Both the position numbers and the translations under genes were made by a program. Below the pieces are notes generated by a model. It saw only the letters and a list, made by a program, of their open reading frames with translations. It ran no database searches and was not told where the DNA came from. From Eukaryota sp. TZLM1-RC (lineage: Eukaryota; Protista; Metamonada: BaSk clade), in contig JAUPSS010000011.1 of NCBI GenBank assembly GCA_040285825.1, positions 693,658 to 757,657 on the forward strand: a DNA stretch of 64,000 nt, given 5' to 3'. This document shows, piece after piece, positions 51,850 through 64,000 of this stretch (the stretch's first letter is position 1; every line of letters starts with the position of its first letter).

Positions 51850-53131
51850 ACCTGAGCAACCTTCTGCGGTTTTTCTCATTTCCGTACTCCGACTTTGGGA
51901 TGCGTCTGTAACTTCAAACACATTATACTCTTAGTGCCATGATTCTTCGGGGCAGAAGGGTAGGCATCACGATTGCCATCAGTGCAGCAGCCTTGCCTAG
52001 CGCATTTTGGATTTATATTCCGTAAATCTTTTACCTATCGGTTATTGTCAGTGTTTCGTTTGACTCAATCACTCTTTTGATCTCAATTGTTCATGGATTG
52101 GCTTGATGTCTTCACCGTTGTACTTTCTTCTTGATGAAGACTCTATCATAATAAAGTTTTCCTGGACAGTATTCTTTTCAGTACATACATCATCTTTTCT
52201 GCCAACACTATTGTTTTCAAGATTGCCATTGAAACAGAATACATAAATCATTTCTTCATGTATCAAACCGGCCTTGTATCACTTGTGCATAAGCATGTTT
52301 TCACAGAAAGTGTGAAAACACAATAACATTCAACAGCGTTTTAAAACACTCATATGGATATTACAATTCAAAGATTTATTGTCAAGTGTGGAGTCTTTTT
52401 GTCATATAAGAAATGGGGATTTCAAATGAAAACTATGCCAAATTGTTTCAGCTTTTTTGGTGCAGTAGTTTTGATCAATAGAGCAACTAGTTTCGTGTAC
52501 CTATTTTGCAATAAAATTGTTTGTTGAATTTATGAAACTCTAAATTTATTTTTTTATTTATGTTTAAAAAAATGAAGAAAAACTTCTTTATCAATGTAAA
52601 AGTTCATGCAACAATGTTTTTCTACACCAAAAATGTGATCAAGAACACATGCTGTATTTATAAACTTGAAAACTTCTCTTGTAAAATGCGCCATTCGTTT
52701 CGATTTTTTTAAAGGCACGATAACCATGTATAAATTGTCGCAAATGTTGTAAAAAGATTATCAGCAAAGAAATTCAAATCAAATGAATGACATGAACATT
52801 GGTTTTAATGATGTATAAAGCTCATAAAATTTGAAAAAGATACTAACCTAATCAAAAGAATGATAATCGTGCAGAAAATAGCGTTACCGTTGCCATATAC
52901 AAAGGATCACCTTTTGATTCAAATCACACAAATGCTATCAGTTTTTAGAATAAATTCAAAATGAAAGTGAAACTGTAAATTTTTTTTGGAATTTATGTTA
53001 TTGTTTCTGTCAAAGAACAAAAGTAAAATTATTTTACTTTATCAATGTAAAAGTTCATGCAACAATGTTTTACTGACCTAGTCAAAAGAATGAATGAAGA
53101 AATGATTTATGTATTCTGTTTCAATGGCAAT
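51850..53131 (-). repeat. IGS-type unit, back in array-1 orientation
   Basis: Orientation flip at GTATATGGCAA|ACCTGAGCAACC; core ORF at 52069 on the minus strand; ends in a short patchwork of repeat pieces. Confidence 0.9.
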
Positions 53132-53716
53132 GGGTTGCTCTTACATTGCACTCCAAAATATGGTCACTATTTTTTTTAGTTCATTTGAGTGACATTAATT
53201 TGGAGCATTCATTCACTCGGTCATGGCTCACATTCTCTGTTTGTTTCACATGATATATTATTCTTGTAAATTGTTGTGAAAGTCGTTTCTGGGTCTACAG
53301 AAATTTTTCTGATGGAAGTATGTTGGTACTTGGTTTGGCAATCAATGTAATAAATAATAATATTCTTTTGTCAAATGGTTTGAAACATTTCCTGGTTCAT
53401 TTATGAGGGTACAATGGAGTCACATCAATTTCGTCAGCGTGTTTTAGTTTGTCACGAGTATAGTTGTCAAAAACTGGTCGAAGGTTCGTAATTGGAAGTA
53501 TTGTGAGAGAGTTAATGAAATTGAGTTGAGACAAAGTATAATAAAGGAAATTGGTTTTTGAACCTACGTTAATCACAATGTTGAGGTCGTTACAACATGT
53601 ATAAAGACACTAAAATTAAAAAAAATTAATTAATTATTAATGATTAAAAATAAAGCAATGAGGAGGTTCACGTCCACTGGTTTTAGTAATTCATGACGAA
53701 AAAACCATATATTCGT

Positions 53717-55193
53717 TTATTGTCCAATTTCAAAACACTTAGAAACTGATTTACAGGCATTAAACTCTAAATTTGAAAAGAAAGTACAAGCAGCGCGGCG
53801 AACTAAGGGGCTGTGAAAGGTTATACCATCAAACGTTGATGTGAGCAAGTTCTTCTCAATTAATGAATTAATGCTGCTTCTCATTTCGTCATTGAAAGCG
53901 GCAAGTCTGAACTGATCATTGTCTGTAAGTGTTGTTTCGGTAATGCTTCTCAGTAATTCAAGCAGTGATGGTTCAGAAAATGCAAGTTGACCAACAATGC
54001 CATTACAACTCATTTTTAAATCTAATGCTTGAAACTCAGCTTCTTGAACTAATCTCAAAGAAGGACCACAATCTGCCAATGTTTTCTTGAAATCAATATT
54101 TAGATTAGCAGTGAACTGCCTAATCACGTCACCACTTGGATAGTCAAACCAATAGAGTTGAGCAATTCGAAGGATACGAGGGTGAAATTTATCAAGATAT
54201 GTGAGATAATCAGAAGTTGTAAAATAGATGGGAAATGGCAATTTCATATCTCCACCATATCCTAAAAACAATTTAACCATTGGCGAATCAACGGTGAGAG
54301 CTTGTACATCGTCAATTACAAGAGTAAATTGTCGAGTATTCAATAATTTGGCAACGAGGGTAAGACAAAACATGAAGAAGATCAAAAGAAGATGCGCGCT
54401 TAAAACCAAGTCGTAAAGAAAGGTTCTCACAAAGAGATCGTCTTCCAGTCAACCAAATAACGTGTTGTTTTTCAAGAAATTTAAACAAAGAGACAGATTT
54501 TCCGCATCCCGGAACTCCTGCCAAAACATTAATGCGGTAAGGATTCATTAATTGCAAGGCATCATCAATCTCTAAATGAACTTCATGTTGAATGTTGGGA
54601 CGAGATACCACTGCATGGAAATCTGACAAAGGATGTCTTCTAAAGTGGGAGTACAGCCAAGCAGTATCAAGATCTTGAGTCATAAAACCGAGACCAAGGA
54701 GAAGGACAGTAAGAGCGCCAAGCGTAGTCAAAGCAGCACTAGAACCAAATCCCACGTAGCGAAGAAAAGGGATGCAAAGAAAAGCTGAATAGGTGATGCA
54801 AACAGCAAAAGCGATGAAGCAGAAGATCAATTTAGTATCATCAGTGAACAAGAACTGTTGCCAACTTGTAGAGACAGCATTCCAAGCAGCGAAAACGAGG
54901 TAAATGACCATAATCTTTCCAGGTACGGTATTTGCTGTAGTAGCGGTCCCTGGAGCACTTGGCATAGTAGAATCTTCTTTAGCAAAAAAGCTATGACCGT
55001 ACTTGCGGTGGTTTGCAAACACCAGAAGACCTGAAGAACCACATAGAATGGCATTGATGACAAGGATCCAAAAACCCGTTTCATCCAATTCCTTAGAGAA
55101 ATTGGCAAGGAATAACAAACTGCCTAACAACGGAAAGACAAGAGGCAACCAGAGGCTTAACGTTTCACAGAGAGTCGCGATAGATCGAGACAT
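53717..55193 (-). pseudogene. Multi-pass membrane protein with C-terminal P-loop (AAA-like) ATPase, ~490 aa, one frameshift near 54360
   Basis: About 5 hydrophobic segments, Walker A GVPGCGKS in the 309-aa ORF and Walker B TLVIDD in the overlapping 237-aa ORF; start codon uncertain because a repeat junction lies at ~55211. Confidence 0.7.
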
Positions 55194-55211
55194 TGAATCC
55201 TCAAAATCTGA

Positions 55212-57258
55212 TTTCGATTTTTTCAAAGGCAAGATAACCATGTATAAATTGTCGCAAATGTTGTAAAAAGATTATCAGCAAAGAAATTCAAATCAAATGA
55301 ATGACATGAACATTGGTTTTAATGATGTATAAAGCTCATAAATTTTGAAAAAGATACTGATCTAATCAAAAGAATGATAATCGTGCAGAAAATAGCGTTA
55401 CCGTTGCCATATACAAACGATCACCTTTTGATTCAAGTCAAACAAACGATATCTGTTTCTAGAATACAATTAAAACGAAAGTGAAACTGTAAAATTTTGT
55501 TGGAATTTATTTTTTGTGTTTCTGTCAAATAACAAAAGTAAAATTATTTTTCTTTATCAATGTAAAAGTTCACGCAACAATGTTTTTCTACACCAAAAAT
55601 GTGATTAAGAACACATGCTGTATTTTTAAACTTGAAAACTTATCTTGTAAAATGCGCCATTCGTTTCGATTTTGTTAAAGGCAAGATAACCATGTATAAA
55701 TTGTTGCAACAGTTGCAAAAGGATTATCAACAAAAGAATTCAAATCAAATCAATGACATGAACATTGGTTTCAATGATGCATAAAGCTCAAAATTTTGAA
55801 AGAAATACTAATCTAATCAAAAGAATGATAATCGAACAGAAATTAGCGTAACCGTTGCCTTATACAAACACATGCAGAAAACAGGAAAGCAAAACCAAAA
55901 TCTATTGGATGATGGGTTGGTAAAATTCCAATGTCAAAAATGGAAATCTGAAGTTTGAAACCAGACCCAAAATCTGACCTTCCAACCTGAGCAACCTTCT
56001 GCGGTTTTTCTCATTTCCGTACTCCGACTTTGGGATGCGTCTGTAACTTCAAACACATTATACTCTTAGTGCCATGATTATTGGGGGCAGAAGGGTAGAC
56101 ATCACAATTGCCATCAGTGCAGCAGCCTTGCCTAGCGCATTTTGGATTTCTATTCCGTAAATCTTTTACCTATCGGTTATTGTCAGTGTTTCGTTTGACT
56201 CAATCACTCTTTTGATCTCAATTGTTCATGGATTGGCTTGATGTCTTCACCGTTGTACTTTCTTCTTGATGAAAACCTTTTCGTAATAAAGTTTCCGTGG
56301 ACAGTATTCTTTTCAGTACATACATCATCTTTTCTGCCAACACTATTGTTTTCAAGATTGCCATTGAAACAGAATACATAAATCATTTCTTCATGTATCA
56401 AACCTGCCTTGTATCACTTGTGCATAAGCATGTTTTCACAGAAAGTGTGAAAACACAATAACATTCAACAGCGTTTTAAAACACTCATGTGGATATTACA
56501 ATTCAAAGATTTATTGTCAAGTGTGGAGTCTTTTTGTCATATAAGAGATGGGGATTTCAAATGAAAACTATGCCAAATTGTTTTAGCTTTTTTGGTGCAG
56601 TATTTTTGATCAATAGATCATCTAGTTTCGCGTACCTATTTTGCAATAAAATTGTTTGTTGAATTTATGAAACTCTAAATTTATTTTTTAATTATGTTTA
56701 AAAAGATGAAGAAAAACTTCTTTATCAGTGTAAAAGTTCACGCAACAATGTTTTTCTACACAAACAATGTGATCAAGAACACATGCTGTATCTATAAACT
56801 TGAAAACTTCTCTTGTAAAATGCACCATTCGTTTCGATATTTTCAAAGGCAAGATAATCATGTATAAATTGTCGCAAATGTTGTAAAAAGATTACCAACA
56901 AAGGAACTCAAATCAAATGAATGACATGAACATTGGTTTTAATGATGTATAAAGCTCATAATTTTTGAAAAAGATACTGACCTAATCAAAAGAATGATAA
57001 TCGTGCAGAAAATAGCGTAAGCGTTGCCATATACAAACGATCACCTTTTGATTCAAGTCAAACAAACGATATCTGTTTCTAGAATACATTCAACATGAAA
57101 GTGAAACTGTAAATTTTTTGGAATTTATTTTTTTGTTTCTGTCAAATAACAAAAGTAAAATAATTTTCTTTATCAGTGTAAAAGTTCACGCAACAATGTT
57201 TTTCTACACCAACAATGTGATCAAGAACACATGCTGTATCTATAAACTTGAAAACTTG
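55212..57258 (-). repeat. IGS-type unit(s), more diverged
   Basis: 450-bp subrepeats and one core (ORF 56204-56401). Confidence 0.9.
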
Positions 57259-57516
57259 AAAACAGAACCAAAGTCATATTCTATTATTCCATGCTAAGTT
57301 ATTCAATTGCATAAAGCCTGCTTTGAACACTCTAATTTTTTTCAAAGTAAACGGTCTGAATTCAATAGCCACCGCCGAAGCAAATGACTAGTGTCCTCAG
57401 ACAGAAGAATCTGTTTACCAACAGGAAAACCTGAAGATACGCAAATTCTGAGATTCAACTACGGACGATTTAAACGCAGCAATTTTAAGATACACTACTA
57501 GAGCTAAAATTACCGC
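57259..57516 (-). pseudogene. 258-bp 18S rRNA fragment
   Basis: Matches 2715-2971 of this window with a few changes (e.g. GCTGGAATT>GCTAAAATT). Confidence 0.95.
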
Positions 57517-57521
57517 AATTA

Positions 57522-58893
57522 ACGATTGTAATAAACAACCATTGGTCAATATACGAAACTAGGAACTTCATATGAGCCTCAGTAAATCGTATCAAAAACG
57601 ATACTCTTACACTTACAGCAATTGTTTTATTAGTTTACAACATTCAATTGTATACTTTTTGATTTTTTACTATTTTTACAATTTAATGTTTAAAAATTAA
57701 TAACTCAATTAATTCAAATATATACAAAATCAATTGAAAATGTAATCATGAGTTTGTACTGATCAAGTAACACATAGCCAACACTACTCACACACAATTT
57801 CACACAAAGTTTGATCACAAGTTGATCACATCTAGTACATAAGGACTACATGCAACTCATCTAATCATACCAATGACCATTCAACCAATCATACCAATGA
57901 CTACTCAAATGACCATAGCACGGACTTTAACACCACAATTGTTATAATAATTGTCCTAAAATGGACTTTAAATATTTGACCAATGATTGTAATAAACAAC
58001 CATTGGTCAATATACGAAACTAGGAACTTCATATGAGCCTCAGTAAATCGTATCAAAAACGATACTCTTACACTTACAGCAATGGTTATATTAGTTTGCA
58101 ACATTCAATTGTATACTTTTTGATTTTTTACTATTTTTACAATTTAATGTTTAAAAATTAATAACTCAATTAATTCAAATATATTTAAAATCAATTGAAG
58201 ATGTAATCATGAGTTTGTTCTGATCAAGTAACACATAGCCAACATTACTCACACACAATTTCACACAAAGTTTGATCACAAGTTGATCACATCTAGTACA
58301 TAAGGACTACATGCAACTCACCTAATCATACCAATGACCATTCAACCAATCATACCAATGACTACTCAAAAAAAAGGACTACCATAGCACGGACTTTAAC
58401 ACCACAATTGTTATAATAATTGTCCCAAAATGGACTTTAAAGATTTGAATGGTATGATTGGTTGAATGGTCAATATATGAAACTAGGAACTTCATATGAG
58501 CCTCAGTAAATCGTATCAAAAACGATACTCCTACACTTACAGCAATGGTTATATTAGTTTGCAACATTCAATTGTATACTTTTTGATTTTTTATTTTTTT
58601 TTCAATTTAATGTTTAAAAATTAATAAACTCAATTAATTCAAATATATACAAAATCAATTGAAAATGTAATCATGAGTTTGTACTGATCAAGTAACACAT
58701 AGCCAACACTACTCACACACAATTTCACACAAAGTTTGATCACAAGTTGATCACATCTAGTACATAAGGACTACATGCAACTCACCTAATCATACCAATG
58801 ACCATTCAACCAATCATACCAATGACTACTCAAATGACCATAGCACGGACTTTAACACCACAATTGTTATAATAATTGTCCCAAAATGGACTT
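57522..58893 (+). repeat. ~461 bp satellite, ~3 copies
   Basis: Same unit as 15614-28231. Confidence 0.95.
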
Positions 58894-61731
58894 CATTCGT
58901 CTTCAGTCAGTAGTAATACAAAATCATGTTTGTTCTGTTGTTCTCCAGTTTCTGGATTCAATGTTTCGGGTCGACCTCTTTTGGTTTGTGATTCTTGCAC
59001 GCCAATTGATCCTTGTAGACCTCCATTTGCAATCCCTCAATTCGTTTCTCCTGCTCATTCGTCTTCTCTTGCAACAGTTATTCGATCTTTAACCTTCTCT
59101 CTTCGAAAGGGCATTTGGAATCCTTCGATTTTTTGGAAATTTTTTCTTTCTAAGGCTATGTCTTCACACAAGAAATCTAAATATAAGAAGTCGGTTCCAC
59201 AATCTAAAAATGTCAAAAAGCGCTTTGAGTCTTTGATTCTTCGTTCACAATACTCTTCAGCACTTAAATTATTGGCTGGTTCTTCTCCTGCTGCCTTCAA
59301 TGATGAAACATTGGATTCTTTAAATTCTCTTCATCCACATGAAGACTTCACCATAAATCACATAGTCTCTGATAATGAACGTGATTTCTTCACTGCTAAT
59401 CCTATCACTTGTGATGAAGTTAGTGTAGCTATTAAAGGACTTCCGTCTGGTCGTTCTGCTGGGCCTTCTGGACTTAGTTATGATCATTTGAAGTCCGCAG
59501 TCAACATATGTCCAGAAATCGTGGATGATTTAGTTTTCTTTTTTAATAGTGTCATCATGGGACGTTTCAAGTTACCACAGGCGTTAATGGCATCTCGTTT
59601 AGTTGCTTTAAATAAGCCTGGAGGTGGTGTCAGACCTATTGCTGTTGGTGAGTCCATAACGAGATTATTAGCAATTATTTCTTTTAAAAGAGTTAAGTCA
59701 TCCGCAATTAATTTTTTTCGTCCTTATCAGTTTGCTATCGGAATTCCTGATGGCACAACATGTGCTGCGTTGTGTACAGATTTACTTTTCAATCAAAAAG
59801 GCGAAAATTATTTATTGAACATTGATTTTAAAAATGCTTTCAACTCCGTTTTTCGCTCCAGTATTTTGCATGAACTTGAACTACACTATCCTCCACTTTT
59901 GCCGTATTTTAAATTGATGTATGGATCACCCTCTAACTTAATTTTTCATTCTGAGAATATTGTTTCGTCAAGAGGGGTCAAACAAGGGGATCCATTGGGT
60001 CCATTTTTCTTTTGCTTAGCACTGCAATCAGTTTTGGTAAAATTTAAGTCGGATTTTCCTGACATTCATATATGTGCTTATGCAGATGATTTATCACTTA
60101 TTGGCCCTTTGTCTCTTTTACAACACGGTTTACAACATTTTGTTTTTCTGGCCAAACAAATAGAGTTAGACATTAAATTGCCCAAGTGTTTCATTATTGG
60201 TAATCAGCATGCGGAGGTGGCATTTAATGAAACTTTTATCAAATACGTTGATTACGAGGAAGATGCTATTCGGTTTCTTGGATCTTATTTTGGAAATAGT
60301 GAAAAAGTTAAATCGATTTTGTCAGGTATTTTGGAAAAAATCGAAGAGCAACTTTTGGCTATTCAAGATCTACAAATTGACAAACATTTAGCGTTTTCAA
60401 TCCTCAATGTGTGTTTTGGGTCAAAAATTAATCATCTTCTTCGTTCTTTATCTCCCACAATTTCTCATGATTTTGCACGTCAATTCAATACTTTGAGAAC
60501 AAATTTCTTAGGAAATTTAGTAGAAGTTTGTCCGTCTAAAATTCCTTATCATGCATTTTTTAGTCCTAAATTTGGTGGAGTTGGTTTTTCAAAAGCAGAG
60601 TATTTATGCAAAAGTGCTTTTATTGGTGGTATGAAAAATTTTCTTTTTGAATGGAAACTTCGTTTTGATCATATTCCTTTGAATGAATCACATCCTTTAT
60701 TAATTTCTCTTGACAAAATGGTGCAAGAACTACCTGTTGATGTTTGGAATAGGAGTTTTCCTTCAAGTTTGCCTGCTGTGCCTTCGAGATCTTTCACCAA
60801 CCTTCATCTTGCTGTTGTGAAATTACAGAAGTCTGTTCTTATTGGTTTTGAAGACCTGGATTTTTCTAAATGACTTAGTGTGACTAAGATTAATAATCCC
60901 GTCTTTGCTGCCTTTTTATCAGACATTCAGAACTGTACTAGTTTAATATCTCAGCAACCAAGGCCATTTGGTCTTCACTTAACAAATGAAGCTTGGAAAC
61001 AAAACATGCGGTTGAGATTAGGGATGTATCCAAGTGGTCATTTGGACAATTCTTATTGTATTTGTAACAAAAAACCTACTGCCAATTTTCGTCATATTGT
61101 GAGCTGTAAGAAATTTCTCCAATATAGGTCAGTTCTTCATAATGCCGTTCGTGATGTGACATATGAGATGTTCAAGTGTTACAATTTTAGTTGCAAAGTA
61201 GAACCTTTGTTGAAGCATTATAGTGATGATAATCTTTTTAATTCACGTCGAGGTGATTTAATTGCTCCTTTTGTGGATTCCTCTCAAGTTGTTGTTGATT
61301 TCACTACAGTTGATCCCTTTGCTTTTGTTTATCGCGATGATGTTTTTACTTAGTACTAATGGTCATTTAAACAAGGCTGAAGATCGTAAGAGAGATAAAT
61401 ATACTGAGATATTAAATGATTTAAATAAGAACCTTTATTCGAAGTTTTCGTTTGTTCCTTTTGCCTTTTCGATTTTTGGCAACATTGGACAATCCGCCTT
61501 GAATTTCATCAATGATTTTGGTAATTTATGTCGTTCAAGTGGTAAGAATTTTGCAGAGAATTTATGGAAAAATCGTATCATTTTCGCTTTGTACAGAAGT
61601 GTTCCCAAGTACTTGAGTTTAATGATGTCTAAACTTTATAAGGATTCATCAAGAGTTGGCGTGGAGAATTTAGTTTCTTATGTGTTTTAGTTTGTTCTAT
61701 TTGATTCTTCGTAGAAAATAAATAAATAAAT
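58890..61731 (+). mobile_element. Family C non-LTR retrotransposon, slightly 5'-truncated, (AAAT)n tail, embedded in satellite
   Basis: 665-aa RT ORF, premature TGA at 60871 (CGA in the 32.9 kb copy), frameshift near 61345, stop at 61690, AAATAAATAAATAAAT tail; 5' junction uses ACTT microhomology; no TSD seen. Confidence 0.94.
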
Positions 61732-63921
61732 ACTCAATTAATTCAAATATATACAAAATCAATTGAAAATGTAATCATGAGTTTGTACTGATCAAGTAAC
61801 ACATAGCCAACACTACTCACACACAATTTCACACAAAGTTTGATCACAAGTTGATCACATCTAGTACATAAGGACTACATGCAACTCATCTAATCATACC
61901 AATGACCATTCAACCAATCATACCAATGACTACTCAAATGACCATAGCACGGACTTTAACACCACAATTGTTATAATAATTGTCCCAAAATGGACTTTAA
62001 ATATTTGACCAACGATTGTAATAAACAACCATTGGTCAATATACGAAACTAGGAACTTCATATGAGCCTCAGTAAATCGTATCAAAACGATACTCTTACA
62101 TTTACAGCAATTGTTTTATTAGTTTACAACATTCAATTGTATACTTTTTGATTTTTATTTTTTCAATTTAATGTTTAAAAATTAATAAACTCAATTAATT
62201 CAAATATATACAAAATCAATTGAAAATGTAATCATGAGTTTGTACTGATCAAGTAACACATAGCCAACACTACTCACACACAATTTCACACAAAGTTTGA
62301 TCACAAGTTGATCACATCTAGTACATAAGGACTACATGCAACTCACCTAATCATACCAATGACCATTCAACCAATCATACCAATGACTACTCAAATGACC
62401 ATAGCACGGACTTTAACACCACAATTGTTATAATAATTGTCCCAAAATGGACTTTAAATATTTGACCAATGATTGTAATAAACAACCATTGGTCAATATA
62501 CGAAACTAGGAACTTCATATGAGCCTCAGTAAATCGTATCAAAAACGATACTCTTACACTTACAGCAATGGTTATATTAGTTTGCAACATTCAATTGTAT
62601 ACTTTTTGATTTTTTACTATTTTTACAATTTAATGTTTAAAAATTAATAACTCAATTAATTCAAATATATACAAAATCAATTGAAAATGTAATCATGAGT
62701 TTGTTCTGATCAAGTAACACATAGCCAACATTACTCAGACACAATTTCACACAAAGTTTGATCACAAGTTGATCACATCTAGTACATAAGGACTACATGC
62801 AACTCACCTAATCATACCAATGACCATTCAACCAATCATACCAATGACTACTCAAATGACCATAGCACGGACTTTAACACCACAATTGTTATAATAATTG
62901 TCCCAAAATGGACTTTAAATATTTGACCAATGATTGTAATAAACAACCATTGGTCAATATACGAAACTAGGAACTTCATATGAGCCTCAGTAAATCGTAT
63001 CAAAAACGATACTCTTACACTTACAGCAATGGTTATATTAGTTTGCAACATTCAATTGTATACTTTTTGATTTTTTACTATTTTTACAATTTAATGTTTA
63101 AAAATTAATAACTCAATTAATTCAAATATATACAAAATCAATTGAAAATGTAATCATGAGTTTGTTCTGATCAAGTAACACATAGCCAACATTACTCACA
63201 CACAATTTCACACAAAGTTTGATCACAAGTTGATCACATCTGGTACATAAGGACTACATGCAACTCACCTAATCATACCAATGACCATTCAACCAATCAT
63301 ACCAATGACTACTCAAATGACCATAGCACGGACTTTAACACCACAATTGTTATAATAATTGTCCCAAAATGGACTTTAAATATTTGACCAATGATTGTAA
63401 TAAACAACCATTGGTCAATATACGAAACTAGGAACTTCATATGAGCCTCAGTAAATCGTATCAAAAACGATACTCTTACACTTACAGCAATGGTTATATT
63501 AGTTTGCAACATTCAATTGTATACTTTTTGATTTTTTACTATTTTTACAATTTAATGTTTAAAAATTAATAACTCAATTAATTCAAATATATACAAAATC
63601 AATTGAAAATGTAATCATGAGTTTGTTCTGATCAAGTAACACATAGCCAACATTACTCAGACACAATTTCACACAAAGTTTGATCACAAGTTGATCACAT
63701 CTAGTACATAAGGACTACATGCAACTCACCTAATCATACCAATGACCATTCAACCAATCATACCAATGACTACTCAAATGACCATAGCACGGACTTTAAC
63801 ACCACAATTGTTATAATAATTGTCCCAAAATGGACTTTAAATATTTGACCAATGATTGTAATAAACAACCATTGGTCAATATACGAAAACTAGGAACTTC
63901 ATATGAGCCTCAGTAAATCGT
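61732..63921 (+). repeat. ~461 bp satellite, ~4.7 copies
   Basis: Marker ORF at 62387, 62848 and 63309 (period 461). Confidence 0.96.
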
Positions 63922-64000
63922 TCTTTTGCTGGTTTTGACTCAATCTGGGACAAACGAATTAAAATTTGCCAACGTCAAATCACTCATTTATTTTATAAGG
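63922..64000 (+). other. Non-satellite sequence, possibly the start of another 5'-truncated retroelement
   Basis: Open frame RSFAGFDSIWDKRIKICQRQITHLFYK loosely resembles the post-RT linker of the other families (KKLQYHLVKLYE); only 79 bp visible. Confidence 0.3.

Noticed and set aside
53200-53240. HSLGH as a desaturase histidine box
   Set aside because: The frame is short, closed by stops and has no second His box
4423-56401. Recurrent 65-aa and 89/95-aa ORFs in the IGS core as real genes
   Set aside because: Mostly TTG/GTG starts, variable ends, no domain recognised; kept only as repeat markers
29702-60873. TGA readthrough or alternative genetic code (TGA at 29702, 60871 and in the 34.9 kb frame)
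   Set aside because: Sister copies have CGA or TCA at the retroelement positions, and a family B ORF ends in TGA (51688), so these are ordinary mutations
16545-63512. Recurrent 67-aa ORF (MLQTNKTIAV...) in the satellite
   Set aside because: Non-ATG start, broken in many monomers by stops or indels, no recognisable motif

Overview
AT-rich eukaryotic (protist-like) DNA; the species cannot be assigned without a search. It begins with a minus-strand rDNA unit (partial 28S, 5.8S, 18S; 1-3532). Upstream lies a roughly 60 kb repeat-dominated, rearranged region with two repeat types. The first is an intergenic-spacer (IGS)-type array of a ~720 bp core plus 1-4 copies of a ~450 bp subrepeat, whose last unit runs into the presumed 5' ETS. 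The second is a ~461 bp tandem satellite. Both are invaded by at least five, possibly six, lineages of single-ORF non-LTR retrotransposons encoding reverse transcriptase (RT) and a restriction-like endonuclease (RLE), with CRE-clade-like motifs. The strongest candidate for a novel system is the set of three IGS-core insertions. Each has a 12-bp target-site duplication (TSD) and is co-oriented with rRNA transcription, and two different families hit overlapping sites, which suggests rDNA-spacer-targeting retrotransposons. Two divergent families also share a T-run+CCCTCC 5' terminus. The centre (28.2-38.1 kb) is a ~3 kb-arm inverted duplication that carries host genes and encloses a 410-aa ORF ending in a CRESS-virus-type HUH Rep nuclease, with TTAGGG-rich repeats upstream of that ORF. 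A frameshifted membrane P-loop ATPase gene and a 258-bp 18S fragment sit at repeat junctions. Some homopolymer frameshifts may be sequencing errors.
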